Positions 60,764-64,000 of a DNA stretch of 64,000 bases are shown here, piece by piece. The position numbers were made by a program, and so were the translations under genes. The stretch's first letter is position 1; each line of letters opens with the position of its first letter. Location: NCBI GenBank assembly GCA_000002445.1, contig CP000070.1:192001-256000 (forward strand), written 5' to 3'. Source of the DNA: Trypanosoma brucei. Lineage: Eukaryota. The notes under the pieces were generated by a model. The model did no database searches, was not told the DNA's origin, and worked only from the letters and a program-made list of their open reading frames with translations.

Positions 60764-63682
60764 TTGCTGCCCGAAGGTTTGTCAAATTGTGTCCATTGCA
60801 TAGCCATGAAAGTCGCAGGTTCAATTCTCGCATTACTGCGCAACAGACTACCAACTGCACCTCTACATCCAGTGACTGCAGCGGAGCTTCTGTGTGAGCT
60901 TCATCCATCTGAAGATCGAGTTGTGTCCGCCCATCTTGTGGGATGTGTGGAAGGGAATGGTGTTTTGCTATCGCTTCCCGTCCTACTCGGCCTCATTCGA
61001 CGCGGTTACTCCGACTCCTTAAAATCGTTTGGTAGTTCTGCACTTAGTCAATGGGGACCAATGGAAGAAACAATTTTTACTGCACTGTGGGTGCAGCTGC
61101 GAAGCCAGCGGGAAAGTTTAGTTGAAGTTGGAAGTGGTCCGGATGCCACAGACGGGATCGGTGAGAGTGAAGCCCAAGTGTCAGCACCGGAGAGACTCCA
61201 CGCAGATTCCTGTCTCCTTATTGAGAGGATGATGCTTTTGATGATTAGCCTGGGAAAATTTGTGCTTCACTCAACACTCACGCTGAAGGGTGTTCGCCTT
61301 CAGCTCTTAGCTGAAGCACTGTCACCACTATGCGATGCTGTCGAATCAGCATGGTGTCGCATGGCAGAAGCCAGGAATGCTGGTGAAATCCCTTCTGAAA
61401 GATTGCTGGACATCAGTAAGTTGGTGGCAAGGTGTGTTCATATATACGGAAAGTATTTTGCGGCGTATCATCACATATTTTGTGCAATTTTATTTACTGG
61501 TGTTGAAGCATCCCGAAAACTACTCGAGGCGCAGCTACCCTTGACCGATCGCGAAACACTCGCACGCGTACGTTCAGCTCGTGATGTGCTACTGGAGGTC
61601 AAGCCGCTGTTGACGGGACTGTTGGTTCGTGCTTCCTCTCGAGAAACTCAGAGGTACGTTACGGAAGTTGAGGAGTGGTTGGAAATGATTGTCAGTCTCG
61701 TTGAAACGCCTGTCCTGAAGGCCGTTGGCCTGCAACTGAGAAGTCATATCTGTAGTTTGGGCTCCTCTGGCAATGTAGATAACAGTGAAATTCTCGGCGC
61801 GGAGTTGAGAAATTGTTACATTGTGATGATGCACACAGCAGCGGTTTTGCTCGCAATGCGCTTTCACCGCAACCGATTTTTTGAGGAATGCAACTTCTGT
61901 GTGCGTGCGAATAATTTGATTGCTCAGGGCCTGAAAACGATATGGTGGATGCTAGACACCATTACCATGTCCATGGGGTCGCCAAATAAGGCTGTAGAGC
62001 TGCAGGATCTCCACTCCGAAGACAGCGTAACGTGGTGTGAGTGGGGAAACTGTTGCGAGGTAGCGGAAGTTGTTCGTAGGTTTTTCCCCCTTTATAGCGA
62101 TGACGCTCGTGTGTCTAAGATGGCCTTGACAAACCCTTATTTCTGCGTGTCTCACCACCCTCCGGTAAGTGAAATAACTAGCGTTCTTCTGCGCATACTT
62201 CGTGCGGCGTGTCATCGTCTCGCTAGGTCTGTTGCTGGTGATGGTGATTTGCAGTGCTCTACTGTTCCTTTCGTCGTTTTTCTTCAGATTGTACGGGCTG
62301 CACTCAGTTGGGGAGATGCATGTCATGAAGATGGGGGACTCTCCCCGAGTTTTGTATGGTCGACCATCCGTGCAACTTTACCCCGTCAGCTTCATGCATC
62401 CTCACCGCCACTTTGGACTGTGTTGGTGTTACTGGAAGATCTTGGCGCCTCCGCATATTTCTGTGCATATCATTGCCGGGTGAAGTTGAGCATTGAAGAC
62501 AGGACTGTAATTGATGCAATGAAGGAAATGTGTGACAACTGCTTGGCGTATCTGAACAAGCGTTACTTATGCGATGATGACCTAGCTGATGCTGATGTTA
62601 TTTGTCGTGTTCTCCATACCCTCGCCGCACTGAAAACGAGGGAAAGAGACCAGTCCACGCTCTTTGGAGGAGACCTTTTTTCTAGACATTCCACCCTAAT
62701 GAATCATTTAAGGAAGCAGCTTGTGCCACTGGACCAAGGTGTGCTGCGTCGCTCGGGTGGTTCATCCACGAGCTCAAGCCGTACGGGAATAAACAATCTG
62801 GCAGGTGATCCTCAAGGTGGGGACTTTCATGGAGGTGCTTACTGGTTCATCTGTAGTGCGTGCGAAACGAATATTCTTTGGCAGAAAGGTACCGCGTCAA
62901 TTAGCTCCCCGAGCAGTTGCCACTGCTGGATGCGACGCAATGACCCAGTTGAGGCTGTGGTAGCGTGCATAGAGCTGTTTCTTCCATTACTTGGACAGGA
63001 AGATAGGGTTGGAGACCACGAGCATTTTATGGAGGATGCTTATCCTACTTTACGGTCTGTGTACAATGCTGCCATCCTTAGTTATTGCACCACGACTCCT
63101 TTGTGCGGTAGCTTGGGATCCGATGAACTTTTTTCTTCAGATTGTGCCCTCCCATCAAAATATGGGACCGGTAGTGAACGCCAACCCCTGGCGCCTACAG
63201 CATTCCTCGTGGAGTGTCACCAGTATCTTCTGTTGCTTTACCCAACTGCAATGCAGCCGCAGCATGCGTATCGGATATTGAGGGTTATGCTAACTACCTC
63301 ACCACTTCTTTTTGCCCACACACCGCAATTGGCGCGCTTCCTTTTCCGTTGCCTTATTCCAGTGGAAAGGGGCAGAAGTACAAGCGCCCACGACTTCATT
63401 GAGAGTTGCGATCCCCAAGAGTTGTGGCAGGTTCTTTTGTGTGCCTGTGCCACTCAGGTTGCGTGCGCTGGGTGTAAAACCTCGTCAAATAATGTTCGTC
63501 GCGATGAGGGAGGCAAAGTGCCGATCATACCCTCAAGCATTTGGAGTGAAGATGCTGAAATTGTTTTTGGTGTTTTGTACGACGTTGGCAACAGTGATGT
63601 GGGAGATAACGACACGTTTCTTACCATACGAGGGCATGTGGTTCGTAGGGCGATGGAGATTCTACATGCACAGGGTCTTTAA
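60764..63682 (+). CDS. hypothetical protein, about 960-970 aa (alternative start Met at 60806)
   Basis: Long continuous plus-strand ORF preceded by a pyrimidine tract at 60690-60735. No recognisable domains. Confidence 0.5.
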   Translation: MLPEGLSNCVHCIAMKVAGSILALLRNRLPTAPLHPVTAAELLCELHPSEDRVVSAHLVGCVEGNGVLLSLPVLLGLIRRGYSDSLKSFGSSALSQWGPMEETIFTALWVQLRSQRESLVEVGSGPDATDGIGESEAQVSAPERLHADSCLLIERMMLLMISLGKFVLHSTLTLKGVRLQLLAEALSPLCDAVESAWCRMAEARNAGEIPSERLLDISKLVARCVHIYGKYFAAYHHIFCAILFTGVEASRKLLEAQLPLTDRETLARVRSARDVLLEVKPLLTGLLVRASSRETQRYVTEVEEWLEMIVSLVETPVLKAVGLQLRSHICSLGSSGNVDNSEILGAELRNCYIVMMHTAAVLLAMRFHRNRFFEECNFCVRANNLIAQGLKTIWWMLDTITMSMGSPNKAVELQDLHSEDSVTWCEWGNCCEVAEVVRRFFPLYSDDARVSKMALTNPYFCVSHHPPVSEITSVLLRILRAACHRLARSVAGDGDLQCSTVPFVVFLQIVRAALSWGDACHEDGGLSPSFVWSTIRATLPRQLHASSPPLWTVLVLLEDLGASAYFCAYHCRVKLSIEDRTVIDAMKEMCDNCLAYLNKRYLCDDDLADADVICRVLHTLAALKTRERDQSTLFGGDLFSRHSTLMNHLRKQLVPLDQGVLRRSGGSSTSSSRTGINNLAGDPQGGDFHGGAYWFICSACETNILWQKGTASISSPSSCHCWMRRNDPVEAVVACIELFLPLLGQEDRVGDHEHFMEDAYPTLRSVYNAAILSYCTTTPLCGSLGSDELFSSDCALPSKYGTGSERQPLAPTAFLVECHQYLLLLYPTAMQPQHAYRILRVMLTTSPLLFAHTPQLARFLFRCLIPVERGRSTSAHDFIESCDPQELWQVLLCACATQVACAGCKTSSNNVRRDEGGKVPIIPSSIWSEDAEIVFGVLYDVGNSDVGDNDTFLTIRGHVVRRAMEILHAQGL

Positions 63683-64000
63683 TCTGTTGTGGTTTAGTGA
63701 CGCCTGTTGTTATTGTTCTATTTTTTTAAAATCACAAATTATCTTTATTTCAGTTGACTGTGTGTCTCTCTCTCTCCCTTTTTTTTGGGGGGGCTCTTCA
63801 CATATTTTGCGCCTTTCGGTTTCACTTTATTTATTTATTTTTTGTCTCAATATTTGGTTACCACGTCTTTTTTTCTTCCTTTTTACAAGGATGGACGATT
63901 TGTTCTTTTTCTCTTTGGTTCTTACTGACTTTGACGTAATCAGTCTTCTTCTTTTGAAGCTTTTTATTTCACCTTATTGCTGTCTAGTTTTATGTTAGTT

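Noticed and set aside
1-64000. CRISPR arrays, operons or other prokaryotic defence-system signatures
   Set aside because: The sequence has eukaryotic kinetoplastid organisation, with no direct-repeat/spacer arrays or prokaryotic gene signatures. A (TA)n microsatellite is not a CRISPR array.

Overview
The window looks like a kinetoplastid (Trypanosoma-type) nuclear chromosome segment. Evidence is intron-free, strand-coherent gene arrays, polypyrimidine tracts ahead of each ORF, (TA)n/(CA)n intergenic microsatellites and about 48-50% GC. I cannot confirm the species without a search. All recognisable genes from 1 to 36.7 kb are on the minus strand: a giant TEP1-like TROVE/NACHT/WD40 protein running off the left edge, several hypothetical proteins, an RRM/RGG RNA-binding protein, an adrenodoxin-type mitochondrial ferredoxin, a nicalin-like membrane protein, an aldo-keto-reductase-like domain protein and a 4112-aa dynein heavy chain. 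All genes from 43.9 kb onward are on the plus strand: a CCCH zinc-finger protein, glucosidase II beta subunit, a PKD/mucolipin-like cation channel, an SRPK-like kinase, NMD3 and a 972-aa hypothetical protein. The two arrays diverge from a roughly 7.2-kb ORF-free strand-switch region at 36.66-43.92 kb. That region carries a mirrored strand-composition skew, a CpG/GC-rich core and a degenerate non-LTR retrotransposon relic with an RNase H signature. A second unusual non-coding stretch of about 6.5 kb, with alternating purine-rich and pyrimidine-rich blocks, lies between the kinase and NMD3. No prokaryote-style systems such as CRISPR or operons are present. The interesting material is in the non-coding architecture and the TEP1-like protein.
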